DNA from: Alphaproteobacteria bacterium
GTDB taxonomy: Bacteria; Pseudomonadota; Alphaproteobacteria; JAPULJ01
NCBI GenBank assembly: GCA_035527975.1
Contig: DATKZM010000091.1
Location: forward strand, 9,942 to 73,941
Direction: 5' to 3'
Length of the DNA stretch: 64,000 nucleotides
The position numbers and the translations under genes were made by a program. This document shows positions 48,439 to 58,016 of this stretch, in pieces. Every line of letters begins with the position of its first letter. The first letter of the stretch is position 1. Below the pieces are notes generated by a model, which ran no database searches, had not been told where the DNA came from, and saw only the letters and a list, made by a program, of their open reading frames with translations.

Positions 48439-48641
48439 GCCCGATACCTCCCGATTTCCGCCGGCTTCCGCCTATTTCTGGCGCTTTTTCATCTTTATAC
48501 GTTGTGTATAATATATTCGCGCACCGATCGCCGGGTCAAGCCGGGTCGCCTCGACAGACCCGTATGGCGACCATAGGATAGGTCGTCGGGGGATCGGCGG
48601 CGCAGCCAAGCAGCGGACATGAGCAAAGGGGGAGACGGCCC

Positions 48642-50093
48642 TTGAACGATATCGCCTTCTTGCCGGCCAAACGACTGGCCGGCCTCATTCGCCGCGGCAA
48701 GCTCGGTTGCCTGGAACTCCTGGAGCACACCCTGGCGCGGGTCGAGCGCTACAACCCGGCGCTCAACGCGATCATCGCCACCGACATTCCAGGAGCGCGC
48801 CGCCGCGCCCGGGCGGCCGACAAGGCGCGCGCCAAGGGCGAGCTCTGGGGGCCGCTCCACGGCGTGCCGATGACGGTCAAGGACTCCTTCGACGTCAAGG
48901 GGCTGCCCACCACCTGGGGCGTGCCGGAATTCAAGGACAATATCGCCCAAAGCAACGCGCTCGCCGTCGACCGCTGGCTGGCGGCAGGGGCGGTCATCTT
49001 CGGCAAGACGAATGTGCCGATCTGGCTCGCGGACGCGCAGAGCTTCAACGCCATCCACGGCACCACCAACAATCCCTGGAACCTGAAACTCACGCCGGGA
49101 GGCTCCTCGGGCGGCGGCGCAGCGGCGCTCGCCGCCGGGCTCACCGGCATTGAGATGGGCAGCGACATCGCCTCGTCGATCCGCAACCCCGCGGCCTTCT
49201 GCGGGCTCTACGGCCACAAGCCGACCTTCGGGATCTGCCCGACCCGGGGCCATGCGCCGCGCGCGACGGCCGGTGCGCTCGACATCCTGGCGATCGGCCC
49301 GCTGGCGCGCAGCGCCGGCGATGCGGCACTCGGCCTTTCGATCCTGGCGGGGCCCGACGAGATCGAGGCGGCGGGGACCCGCCTCGCCCTGCCGCCGCCC
49401 CGGAAGAAGCGATTGCACGAGTTCAAAGTCGGGATCATCGCCGACGATCCGATCGCGCCGGTCGAGCGCGGCGTGCGCGAGGCGCTGGAGAGGCTGGCGG
49501 CTTTCCTGGCCAAGCAGAAGACCCGGGTCAGCGACAAGGCGCGTCCGGCGATCGATTTCGGCGAGGCGCATCGCACGTTCGGCATGTTGCTCCGCGCCGC
49601 CACGTCAGCCCGCCTCAGCGACGAGGACCAGGCGCGCCTCCGCGACGCGCTGGCGGCTTTGCCCGCCGACGCCGATACGCCGCAGGCGCGGATGCTGCGC
49701 GGCAACACGCTTTCCCACCGCGACTGGCTGCGGCTCGACGAGGCGCGCCAGCGCATGCGCTGGCGCTGGCATGAGTTTTTCCAGGATCACGATCTGCTGC
49801 TGTGCCCGGTGATGAGCACCGCAGCCTTCCCGCATGACCAGACGCCGCCATACGAACGGGATCTGAACGTCGACGGGAAGAAGGTGCCGTTCCACACGGC
49901 CGTCTTCTGGTCGGGCTATCCGGGCGTGGCCGGCCTGCCGGCAGCGGTGGCGCCCATCGGCTTCACGCCAGATGGCCGCCCGGTCGGGGTGCAGATCATC
50001 GGGCCGGAATATGGCGACCGAAGCTGCCTTCAATTCGCCCGGCTGCTGGAAAAGGAATACCAGGGCTTCGTGGCCCCGCCGGGCTACGAGTGA
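48642..50093 (+). CDS. Amidase (amidase-signature family)
   Basis: AS motif GGSSGGGAAALAAG and upstream GVPMTVKDSF. The first in-frame start is TTG, so the start is uncertain. Confidence 0.85.
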   Translation: MNDIAFLPAKRLAGLIRRGKLGCLELLEHTLARVERYNPALNAIIATDIPGARRRARAADKARAKGELWGPLHGVPMTVKDSFDVKGLPTTWGVPEFKDNIAQSNALAVDRWLAAGAVIFGKTNVPIWLADAQSFNAIHGTTNNPWNLKLTPGGSSGGGAAALAAGLTGIEMGSDIASSIRNPAAFCGLYGHKPTFGICPTRGHAPRATAGALDILAIGPLARSAGDAALGLSILAGPDEIEAAGTRLALPPPRKKRLHEFKVGIIADDPIAPVERGVREALERLAAFLAKQKTRVSDKARPAIDFGEAHRTFGMLLRAATSARLSDEDQARLRDALAALPADADTPQARMLRGNTLSHRDWLRLDEARQRMRWRWHEFFQDHDLLLCPVMSTAAFPHDQTPPYERDLNVDGKKVPFHTAVFWSGYPGVAGLPAAVAPIGFTPDGRPVGVQIIGPEYGDRSCLQFARLLEKEYQGFVAPPGYE

Positions 50094-50115
50094 TCCGAGG
50101 GGGCGGGAACCTGCT

Positions 50116-51420
50116 TCAGCCCTTCATCGTGTTGGGCAGGAAGAGCGCCAGATCGGGGAACAGAATCAACAGCGCGGCGCAGACCAGCATTGCAATCCAG
50201 AACGGGATAATGCCGCGAAAGATCTCGCTCATCGGCACGTCGGGTGCGATGCCCTTGACCACAAAAACATTTAGCCCCAGCGGCGGGCTGATCAGGCTCA
50301 TCTCAAGCACCACGACCAAGAGCGCGCCGAACCAGACCGGATCGTAGCCGAGGTCCTTGATCATCGGAAAGACGATCGGGATCGTCAGCACCAGCATGGC
50401 AAAGCCTTCCAGGAAGGTGCCGAGGATGATGTAGACCAGCACGATCAGCAACAGGATGTAGACGCGGTCGACCTTGAGCTCGCCGATGAGCGCGGCAAGG
50501 TCGCCCGGCAATTGCGTGTCGGCGAGAAAGGGATTGAAGATGAAGGCGCCGATCACGATCAGGTAGACGAAGGCAAACGTCTTGATCGTTTCCAGCACAC
50601 ACTTCGTCATCTCCGCCCAGGTAAACTTGCCCCGAACAATGGTCAGGATCAGCGTCAGCATGGCGCCGATCGACGCCGCTTCCACCGGTGTGAACCATCC
50701 AAGATAGATGCCGCCCAGGACGATGAAGATGATGCCGAGCAACGGAAACGCACGGAATAGGCTGCGGCTGCGCTCGGCCCAGCCATGACGCGTCGCCGCC
50801 GGCCCCAGCTTGGGATTGCGGGTCGTCATGATTGCGATGGCGATCATGAACAGGATCGTCAGCAGGATGCCCGGTATGACGCCGGACAGGAACAGCTTGC
50901 CGATCGAGACCTCGGTCAGCACCGCATAGATGATGAAACCGGTCGAGGGCGGGATCAGGATGCCAAGAGTGCCGCCCGCCGCGACGCTGCCCGTGGCGAG
51001 GCGCGCGCTGTAGCCGTAGCGCTTCATTTCCGGCAGCGAGACCCGGCCCATGGTGACCGCCGAGGCAAGGCTGGAGCCGGACACGGCGGCAAAACCGGCG
51101 CAGCCGACCACCGTCGCCGAGGCCAGCCCGCCCGGCCAATGCCCGACCATGCTGCGCGCCATGGCGTACAAATCGCGGCTGAGGCCGGAGACCATCGCCA
51201 GGTTCCCCATCAGCACGAACAGCGCGATGATCGAGAGGTCGTAGTTGTAGGCGGTGGCGTAGGGGATGCTGCCCAGGGTATTGAGCGTCCGTTCGAGGTC
51301 GTTCATCACCCAGTAGCCGAGCGCGCCCGACACCGCGAGGGCAATGCCGATCGGCACCCGCAAGAAGATCAGCGCAAACAGACCCAGCAGCGCCAGGATC
51401 CCAATGAGGCTGCCGCTCAC
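50116..51420 (-). CDS. TRAP transporter large permease (DctM family)
   Basis: 434-aa polytopic protein with a DctM-type pattern. It overlaps the small-permease gene by 4 nt. Confidence 0.9.
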   Translation of the reverse strand: MSGSLIGILALLGLFALIFLRVPIGIALAVSGALGYWVMNDLERTLNTLGSIPYATAYNYDLSIIALFVLMGNLAMVSGLSRDLYAMARSMVGHWPGGLASATVVGCAGFAAVSGSSLASAVTMGRVSLPEMKRYGYSARLATGSVAAGGTLGILIPPSTGFIIYAVLTEVSIGKLFLSGVIPGILLTILFMIAIAIMTTRNPKLGPAATRHGWAERSRSLFRAFPLLGIIFIVLGGIYLGWFTPVEAASIGAMLTLILTIVRGKFTWAEMTKCVLETIKTFAFVYLIVIGAFIFNPFLADTQLPGDLAALIGELKVDRVYILLLIVLVYIILGTFLEGFAMLVLTIPIVFPMIKDLGYDPVWFGALLVVVLEMSLISPPLGLNVFVVKGIAPDVPMSEIFRGIIPFWIAMLVCAALLILFPDLALFLPNTMKG

Positions 51421-51932
51421 GGTCCGCCTTCGCTGATAACACCTTCGCGTTCGGGCTCAGGCACGAACACGCGGAGCAGCATGACCAGCGCGAACATCAG
51501 CGAGCCAAGCGCGGCCAACCAATAAAACGGGTAGTAGGGGATCTCCAGAAGCTGCGAGGATTCGTTGATCTCGCGCACCAGATCGGATTGCAGATAGGTG
51601 CGCCAGGCAATCACCAGAAAAATCACGCAGCCGACCAGATTGATCCCGCGGTCGAGGATCCGGCGCGTTGCCGGGCCGAGTCGCTGGTAAAGCAGCTCGA
51701 TCGACACATGCGCGCCGTGGAAGCCGCAATAGGCCATGCCGAGGAAGGTCATCGTCAGCACCGTGAAATGGGTGAGATCGAAGACCCCGTTGATCGGATA
51801 GCCCAGCTTGCGCCCGATCACACCGAAGGTCGTCATAAACATCAGGAAGACGAGGATGCCGCCTGCAATGCAGGCGGCCCCCGTAACGACGATCCTGGTT
51901 ATTCGGGAAATTATGTCTTCAGCAGGCCTCAC
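51417..51932 (-). CDS. TRAP transporter small permease (DctQ family)
   Basis: GTG at 51932 overlaps the stop of the binding-protein gene (GTGA). Four predicted TM helices. The start is uncertain. Confidence 0.75.
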   Translation of the reverse strand: MRPAEDIISRITRIVVTGAACIAGGILVFLMFMTTFGVIGRKLGYPINGVFDLTHFTVLTMTFLGMAYCGFHGAHVSIELLYQRLGPATRRILDRGINLVGCVIFLVIAWRTYLQSDLVREINESSQLLEIPYYPFYWLAALGSLMFALVMLLRVFVPEPEREGVISEGGP

Positions 51933-52972
51933 GCACTCTTTCCGGTGTAGGCGGTGTAAAGCTTGCGATAGGGCAGACCGGGCTTGTCGAAGCGCGCGAT
52001 CCATTCCTTGGAGATGGTCTCCAGCTTGCCGACCCACTGGGCCCGCTCGGCGGCCGTCAGCTTGGTAATGCTGGAGCCGGCCTTCTTGTTGACCGTGGCG
52101 ATGCCGACCTCACGCTCGTGTTCGTAGCCCCTGGCGCCGATGAGGCTGAATTCCAGGCCGCTGTTCTTGTCGATCACGGCCCGCTGGGCAGCGCTGAGGC
52201 TGTCGTACTTCTTCTTGTTCATGGCGATGAACTGCGGCGAATAGCCGAAGGGCAAATCGACGATGAAGTTCTTCACCACCTCGTGCAGCTTGAAGCTGTT
52301 CACCACCGAGATGCCGACGATGGCGCCGTCGACGACGCCCTTTTCCAACGCGCCGTAGGTGCTCGGCATCGGCATCGCGACCGGGATCGCGCCCAGGCCC
52401 TTGATAATCTCGGCCTGATTGCGCGACGGCGTGCGCAGTTTCAGGCCCTTCAGATCGTCCGGCGTGCGCACGACCTTGTTGGTCATGATTACCGGCACGT
52501 CGGTGGTCCATATACCGAGGACCTTGACGCGCTTGTAGTCCGCGGCAAGATGCTCGTCGAAGATACGATTGAGCGCCTCGGTTGCTTTGACCGCCGTGTC
52601 GTATTGCAGCGGGATTTCGGCGACCAGCGTGCGCGGAAATACCGTCGAGGTGTAGCCCGGGATGTGGAACTCGATATCGGCGATACCGTTCAGGATGCGC
52701 TTGTAGGCGCCGGGCGGGCGGCCGCCAATCTGGCTGCCGGGAAAGCCCTTGATCTTGAGGCCGACATTGGCCGCCTCGATCCTCTTGCCCCACGGCGCCA
52801 TCATGTTCGCCCACAGGGGATGGCGGGGGCTGGCGAAGAACGCCATCTTGAGCTCGGTCTCGGCAGCGGCGAGCAGTCCAGGCAGGCCCATCGCACCAAT
52901 ACCGGCGGCACCGGCGCCCGCCAGCGCCAGCTTGGTGAAGTCGCGTCTTGTTACCGGGTTATCCCAGGTCAT
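51929..52972 (-). CDS. TRAP transporter substrate-binding protein (DctP family) with a Tat-type signal
   Basis: The signal is VTRRDFTKLALAGAGAAG. The mature part has a DctP-type pattern. Confidence 0.85.
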   Translation of the reverse strand: MTWDNPVTRRDFTKLALAGAGAAGIGAMGLPGLLAAAETELKMAFFASPRHPLWANMMAPWGKRIEAANVGLKIKGFPGSQIGGRPPGAYKRILNGIADIEFHIPGYTSTVFPRTLVAEIPLQYDTAVKATEALNRIFDEHLAADYKRVKVLGIWTTDVPVIMTNKVVRTPDDLKGLKLRTPSRNQAEIIKGLGAIPVAMPMPSTYGALEKGVVDGAIVGISVVNSFKLHEVVKNFIVDLPFGYSPQFIAMNKKKYDSLSAAQRAVIDKNSGLEFSLIGARGYEHEREVGIATVNKKAGSSITKLTAAERAQWVGKLETISKEWIARFDKPGLPYRKLYTAYTGKSA

Positions 52973-53084
52973 CGTTCCCTCCCTGATCTTTGGAACGCCC
53001 TCACATTGGAGCGTTTGTGTTGAAGGAATACTCTCTCATAATCGAGGCGGCGCGCAAACGCCGGCCCGGGTCGTGCGTGCCTCA

Positions 53085-55103
53085 TCATCTGGTGAGGTAC
53101 AGGCTGATGCCGGGGAACGCGATCAAAAGAATCGTGACCAACAGCATGATAATTACGAACGGGAACGAGCCGATAAAAATGTCCTTCAACGACACCCGAT
53201 CGTCATTCAGAACCGATTTCACAACGTAGCAACAGATCCCGAGCGGCGGCGTCAGCAGCCCCATCTCGACCACGATCACGGTGACGATGCCGAACCAGAC
53301 CAGATCGGCGCCGAAGCGGTCGACGACGATGGCGCTGACCAGCGGCAGCACGATCAGCATGATCGACACCGAGTCGAGGAACATGCCGAGCACCACCAGC
53401 ACCAGCAGATAGAGCGCCATGAAGCCGATGAAGCCGAGCTCCATGCCGGAGATCAGCCCGCCCATCTGCTGCGGCAGCCCGGACAGCGCCAGCATGCGCC
53501 CATAGATATTGGCGGCAAGGATGAGGAACAGGATGGCGACCGTAACGTGGCCGGTCTCCACCAGCACGCTCCACAGCTTGCGCAAGGTCAGCCGCCGTTT
53601 CAGCAGCGCAATGATCAGCGCGCCCATGGCTCCGACCGCGCCCGCCTCGATCGCCGTGAACAGCCCACCGTAGATGCCGCCCATGACCAGCGCGACCAGC
53701 AGCAGGATCGGCGTCAATTTGAAGGCGGCCGAGGCTATGTTCTCGTCCGCCTTGTCGTCCTGGGTCGGATTGCCGACGAGCTGCGGCCAGAAGTGCGCCA
53801 TGGCAATGATCATCACGCCCATGGCGACCGCCAGGATGATGCCGGGGAAGATCGCCGCCAGGAACAGCGCGCCCACCGATTGCTCGGTCACGAAGGCATA
53901 GATGATGAGCAGCAGGCTCGGCGGGATCAGCATGCCGAGGACCGAGCTGCCCGCCACGGTGCCGACCGCAAAGCGCGCGGAATAGCCGTTGTCCATCATG
54001 TGCGGGGCCGCGACCTTGGTGAAGACCGCGGCCGAGGCGATCGACGAGCCGGTGATGGCGGCGAAGATCGCATTGGCGCCAACGGTGGCCACGCCCATGC
54101 CGCCCTTGATCGGGCGCATGATCCAGCGCGCGACGTCGAAGGTATCCTTGCCGATGCCCGATTCGCTGACCAACAGGCCCATCATCACGAAGAGCGGCAC
54201 CACACCGAGGAAATAATTCCGCAGGAACTCGTTGGAGGCGAGCTTGACCGCGTTCACCGCCAGGGTCGGATCGCCCATCATGATCCAGATGGCGATGAAG
54301 GCGATCGCGATGAGCCCAACGGCGATATGGATGCCGAGGCAGATCATGATCACGATGCCGATCAGCGAAAGCGCACCGATCTGAACCCGGGACAAATCGC
54401 TGAACGCGGTGATCGCGACCAGCCCAAACGCGCCAAGCAGGATGCCCAGATGTCCCCAGCCCACCGGCCGGCTGTCGGTGGCCGCCCGGCGGCGCGCGAT
54501 CGCTTGGCCCAGATCGGCGAGGCTGCCCGACAGCTGAAACAAATACACCATGGCGGTGAGCGCGGCCCCGAAGAAGATCATCGCCCGCAGCGGCCAGACC
54601 AGGATCTCGAAAGCGGCCGCGTTGCCGAATACCAGGTCCGGCCACGCTTCGGTAAACTTGAAATAAGTGCCGTAGACGATCACCGCGAAGGCGATGACGC
54701 CGAGCAAACTGAAAAACGAATTGAAGATCGCCGCCGCGATCGGCCGGTTGCTCTCCATCGAGGTGATGAGCATCTCCGCGCGGGTGAAGCGCCCGACATG
54801 GAGCGTGTTGGAGAGCTGAAGATAGACGGCGGCGACGATCGCGTAGCTGACGAGCTCGTGCGCGGCAGCGATCGGCTTGCCTTGCAGGATCGGTACCAGA
54901 TCACCGCAGCCGAAGCATAGAGACTTGGCAAACAACGAGATCGTGTCGAGATTTCGCGCGATCACGTCAACGCAAATCAGGCACATCAACCCGAAGATCG
55001 CGCTCGTTCCGGCGATATTCGCCAGCGATGTGAATTTCCCAAAGAGGACGGCGGGACGCCAAGGTTGCCTCAGCGCCCCGCCGGTCTCTAAGGGTTTCGT
55101 CAA
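53085..55103 (-). CDS. TRAP transporter fused small-large permease (DctQM)
   Basis: 672 aa. The N-terminal roughly 200 aa is DctQ-like and the remainder DctM-like. The start overlaps the upstream stop (ATGA). Confidence 0.85.
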   Translation of the reverse strand: MTKPLETGGALRQPWRPAVLFGKFTSLANIAGTSAIFGLMCLICVDVIARNLDTISLFAKSLCFGCGDLVPILQGKPIAAAHELVSYAIVAAVYLQLSNTLHVGRFTRAEMLITSMESNRPIAAAIFNSFFSLLGVIAFAVIVYGTYFKFTEAWPDLVFGNAAAFEILVWPLRAMIFFGAALTAMVYLFQLSGSLADLGQAIARRRAATDSRPVGWGHLGILLGAFGLVAITAFSDLSRVQIGALSLIGIVIMICLGIHIAVGLIAIAFIAIWIMMGDPTLAVNAVKLASNEFLRNYFLGVVPLFVMMGLLVSESGIGKDTFDVARWIMRPIKGGMGVATVGANAIFAAITGSSIASAAVFTKVAAPHMMDNGYSARFAVGTVAGSSVLGMLIPPSLLLIIYAFVTEQSVGALFLAAIFPGIILAVAMGVMIIAMAHFWPQLVGNPTQDDKADENIASAAFKLTPILLLVALVMGGIYGGLFTAIEAGAVGAMGALIIALLKRRLTLRKLWSVLVETGHVTVAILFLILAANIYGRMLALSGLPQQMGGLISGMELGFIGFMALYLLVLVVLGMFLDSVSIMLIVLPLVSAIVVDRFGADLVWFGIVTVIVVEMGLLTPPLGICCYVVKSVLNDDRVSLKDIFIGSFPFVIIMLLVTILLIAFPGISLYLTR

Positions 55104-56176
55104 GACTCTTTATCCCAGTCGCGGACCGGCTGACCTCCGCGCTTGCGGACGCCATCCAGATAGAACTTCATGATCTGCCTGGCCGGCAGACCCTTGGCCT
55201 CGACATTCTTCGCCCACTCGCCGGCGATGTTGGGCATCTTGGCCGTCCAGCGCTTCTTCTCGGAGAGCGGGAATGTGGAGAGCTTGGCGCCGTTCTTGGC
55301 GATGATCGCAAAATGCTTGACGCGGTTCGCGGTCACCCGCTTGGTCACCAACTCGCCGTATTCCGTGCCGAGCTGCTTGAAGAGCTTCTTCATGTCGGCC
55401 GGCAGTTTGTTCCAAGTAGCGAGGTTCATGGTCAGCGCGCCGGAAATCATCCCGCCGAGGCCCGGATCGATAACGTAGGGCGCAACCTCGTGGATCTTGA
55501 ACGGCAGAACGCCGGTGCCGGGAATGATGGCGCCGTCGGTGACGCCGGTCTTGATGCCGTTGTAGTAGAGCGGCAGCGCACCATTCACGCTGATCGCGCC
55601 GGTGCCGCGGACCCAGCCGGCGAGCGCTGCGGGGGCATAGAATTTCTTGCCCTTCAGATCGTCGACGGAACGGATCGGCGTCTTGGACACGATGACGTAG
55701 TTGTCGATCGTCTGGGCACCGATGAAGACCTGGTTATACTTGCGCCATTGCTTGTTCAAGATCGGCAGCTTGGCGTGCATCTCGTTCTGGATCTGGGTGA
55801 GATGCGCCACGTTGTTGGTGGCGAAAGGTGTGAAGTAGGTCACGTTCATCAGCGGCAACTTGTTCGGCTCCCACAGGGTGCCGACCCAGCCGACATCCGC
55901 CAGGCCCTCCTGGACGCCTTCCAGCGTGTTCTGCCAGTTATAGAGCGCGCCGGCATACGCCTCGGTCCACTTGATCGTGTGCTTGCCGCCCATCGCCTTC
56001 AGGCGCTTTACCGATTCGGGCACGACGAAGTTCTTGATCGTGCCGACCCAGGGGATGATCGGCGGATGGCTGGAGCCGGCCGTCAGCTTGAACTCGGCCG
56101 CTCCGGCCAGCGGCGCGGAAACGGCGACCATCGCCGCGGCCGCCACGCCGAACGTGAGTGTCTTGAGTGAGCGCAT
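55100..56176 (-). CDS. TRAP transporter substrate-binding protein (DctP family)
   Basis: Signal peptide MRSLKTLTFGVAAAAMVAVSAPLAGA. 358 aa. It lies upstream of the fused permease. Confidence 0.85.
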   Translation of the reverse strand: MRSLKTLTFGVAAAAMVAVSAPLAGAAEFKLTAGSSHPPIIPWVGTIKNFVVPESVKRLKAMGGKHTIKWTEAYAGALYNWQNTLEGVQEGLADVGWVGTLWEPNKLPLMNVTYFTPFATNNVAHLTQIQNEMHAKLPILNKQWRKYNQVFIGAQTIDNYVIVSKTPIRSVDDLKGKKFYAPAALAGWVRGTGAISVNGALPLYYNGIKTGVTDGAIIPGTGVLPFKIHEVAPYVIDPGLGGMISGALTMNLATWNKLPADMKKLFKQLGTEYGELVTKRVTANRVKHFAIIAKNGAKLSTFPLSEKKRWTAKMPNIAGEWAKNVEAKGLPARQIMKFYLDGVRKRGGQPVRDWDKES

Positions 56177-56326
56177 TCCTTCGTATCCTCCCTAGCTGGC
56201 CGTTGCTTATATCATTGTCGCGACGGCGTTTCTTGCTTCGTTTCGGCTTCGGTTCGGCGAACTCGGCCTTGCGGTCCTACGGCTGTCGCAAGCGTCGCAG
56301 CCCGCGCGGCCTCGCCGGGTAGTCCG

Positions 56327-57508
56327 TCAGCTTACTCCCGCCAACGAGAACTTTGGATCGGCCGCCAGGCATTCCGCCTCGGGCAGCCCAAGCTCCTTAC
56401 GTACGATGTTGGTGCCGAGCACCAGTGAGACGATCTTATAGGCGGCGTGGCGCCGGCTCATGCCTTCGCGGCCCATGCCGCAATCGGAAGTGATGATCAG
56501 GCGTTCGGCGGGGATGTGCTTGAGCGCTTCGCGGATCTGGTCGGCCACCTGATCGGGCCGCTCGACCTGCAATGTGTGATGGTCGATCACGCCGACCGCG
56601 ACCTTCTTGTCGGTGATGGCGGCGCCGATCTCCTTCAGGTCCATGCCGCCGGCGCTGCACGACTCGAAAGTGAGAACGTCGGCATCGACCTCGTTCAGCT
56701 TATCGAGCGTCGGCGCGTAGGACTGGATCTCCTTGAACATGCGTTGCTGGGAGGGATTGCCCCAGCAGGTGTGGCACCAGACCTCGGTCTTGTCGCGCAG
56801 GCCTTTCACGGTGTTGTTGAAGACCTTGACCATCTCGGCCTCGTCCATGGTGCCGCCGACGGGGCCGCGCGCCGGGATCATGTGGATCTGCGGCTCTTCC
56901 ATCTGGACGACCGGACAGCCGACATCGGCGAGCTCGTGCAGCTCCTCGTTGATGGCGTCGCTGAGCGCATAGATGCGGCTTGGGATGTCCTTGTAGTGAT
57001 GGTCCTTCACCGCCAGCGCCAAAAGCTCGGGCGTGACCGTGCCGAATTTGACCGGGCGCTTGGTGAGGCGCTGGGCGGTTTTCCACATCGCCGCGTATTG
57101 CAGATCGCCGCGCCCCACCGGGCCGATTATCTCCGGCAGCACGCGGGCTTCGAGATAGTCGTGCAGGATGTGGCCGCGCTCGAAGGGAATGACGGCGGAC
57201 GGCATCGAAAAGGCCACGGAGTTGTGGCGGTCGAAGCCCGCCATATGCTGTGCGGGATAGGTGGTCCAGCTTTGGCCGCCGACCTCTTCGTCGAAATGGC
57301 AGTCGCCGTCGGTGACGATGTCGAGGCCGGCGATTTCCTGGTCGCGCAGATAGGCCGAGACCGCATCGGTATACTGCTCGCGGTAGCGCGAATTCACCAT
57401 CGCATGCATGAAGTTGCGCGAACCCAGGTTCGCCGTGTACCAAGTGGGTCGGGGCAACGAGCCGACGATGCTCGTCGGCAGCACAATATCGGCGGATGCG
57501 CGATACAC
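56327..57508 (-). CDS. Cobalamin-independent methionine synthase (MetE catalytic domain) family protein
   Basis: IVGSLPRPTWY N-terminal motif. Putative Zn ligands HTCWGN and SDCGMG. Start chosen at the GTG preceded by GGAGGGAG. Alternative ATG at 57568. Confidence 0.8.
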   Translation of the reverse strand: MYRASADIVLPTSIVGSLPRPTWYTANLGSRNFMHAMVNSRYREQYTDAVSAYLRDQEIAGLDIVTDGDCHFDEEVGGQSWTTYPAQHMAGFDRHNSVAFSMPSAVIPFERGHILHDYLEARVLPEIIGPVGRGDLQYAAMWKTAQRLTKRPVKFGTVTPELLALAVKDHHYKDIPSRIYALSDAINEELHELADVGCPVVQMEEPQIHMIPARGPVGGTMDEAEMVKVFNNTVKGLRDKTEVWCHTCWGNPSQQRMFKEIQSYAPTLDKLNEVDADVLTFESCSAGGMDLKEIGAAITDKKVAVGVIDHHTLQVERPDQVADQIREALKHIPAERLIITSDCGMGREGMSRRHAAYKIVSLVLGTNIVRKELGLPEAECLAADPKFSLAGVS

Positions 57509-57642
57509 CTGGACACTCCCTCCCACATTCTTCCGGCGGTCGGAGCTTGGGTCGCGAGGACCGTGCATCAGCGCCGCCGAGCGACGATGTTCACCACCGT
57601 TTATTGCGCGCACTTTAGCATGGGGTCGGCGGAAAGCAGAAC

Positions 57643-57687
57643 TGCAATCGTTTGCGGGCATTTGCGGGCGTTTGCAAAGTGCAATCG
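57643..57687. promoter_or_regulatory. Helically phased repeat array: TGCAATCG-TTTGCGGGCA-TTTGCGGGCG-TTTGCAAAG-TGCAATCG
   Basis: TTTGC starts at 57651, 57661 and 57671 (exact 10-bp phasing), flanked by direct TGCAATCG copies. A third tgcaatc is at 57913. Confidence 0.4.
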
Positions 57688-58016
57688 GGCCCGGCAATTC
57701 GCCCCTTTCGCGTATCGACGGCCGCGTCGGTGCGATTTGCCGGGACGCCGCCTCCGATTTTCGCCCGCGAAAGAAGATTTATGCCGGCGCGGCCCAACGC
57801 TGGAGACGCGGGTCTTGTCAAAGGCCGCAATCCGCCGTGCATCGGCCGCCGGCGACCACCGATTGGCAAGCTTTTGGCGTGCCGTTCGCAACGTGATCGC
57901 CCGGTAACAAACTGCAATCAAACAATTGTTGGGATGATATAGGGCATTGTCCCAATTTACCTGCCCATAAGTATTTTGGGTTGACTCAACCCGCCTCGCA
58001 CAATAATTCTCTGATC

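Noticed and set aside
52749-54920. 723-aa plus-strand ORF opposite the fused TRAP permease
   Set aside because: Its translation is dominated by D/R/H/Q repeats. The opposite strand encodes a clear polytopic DctQM protein.
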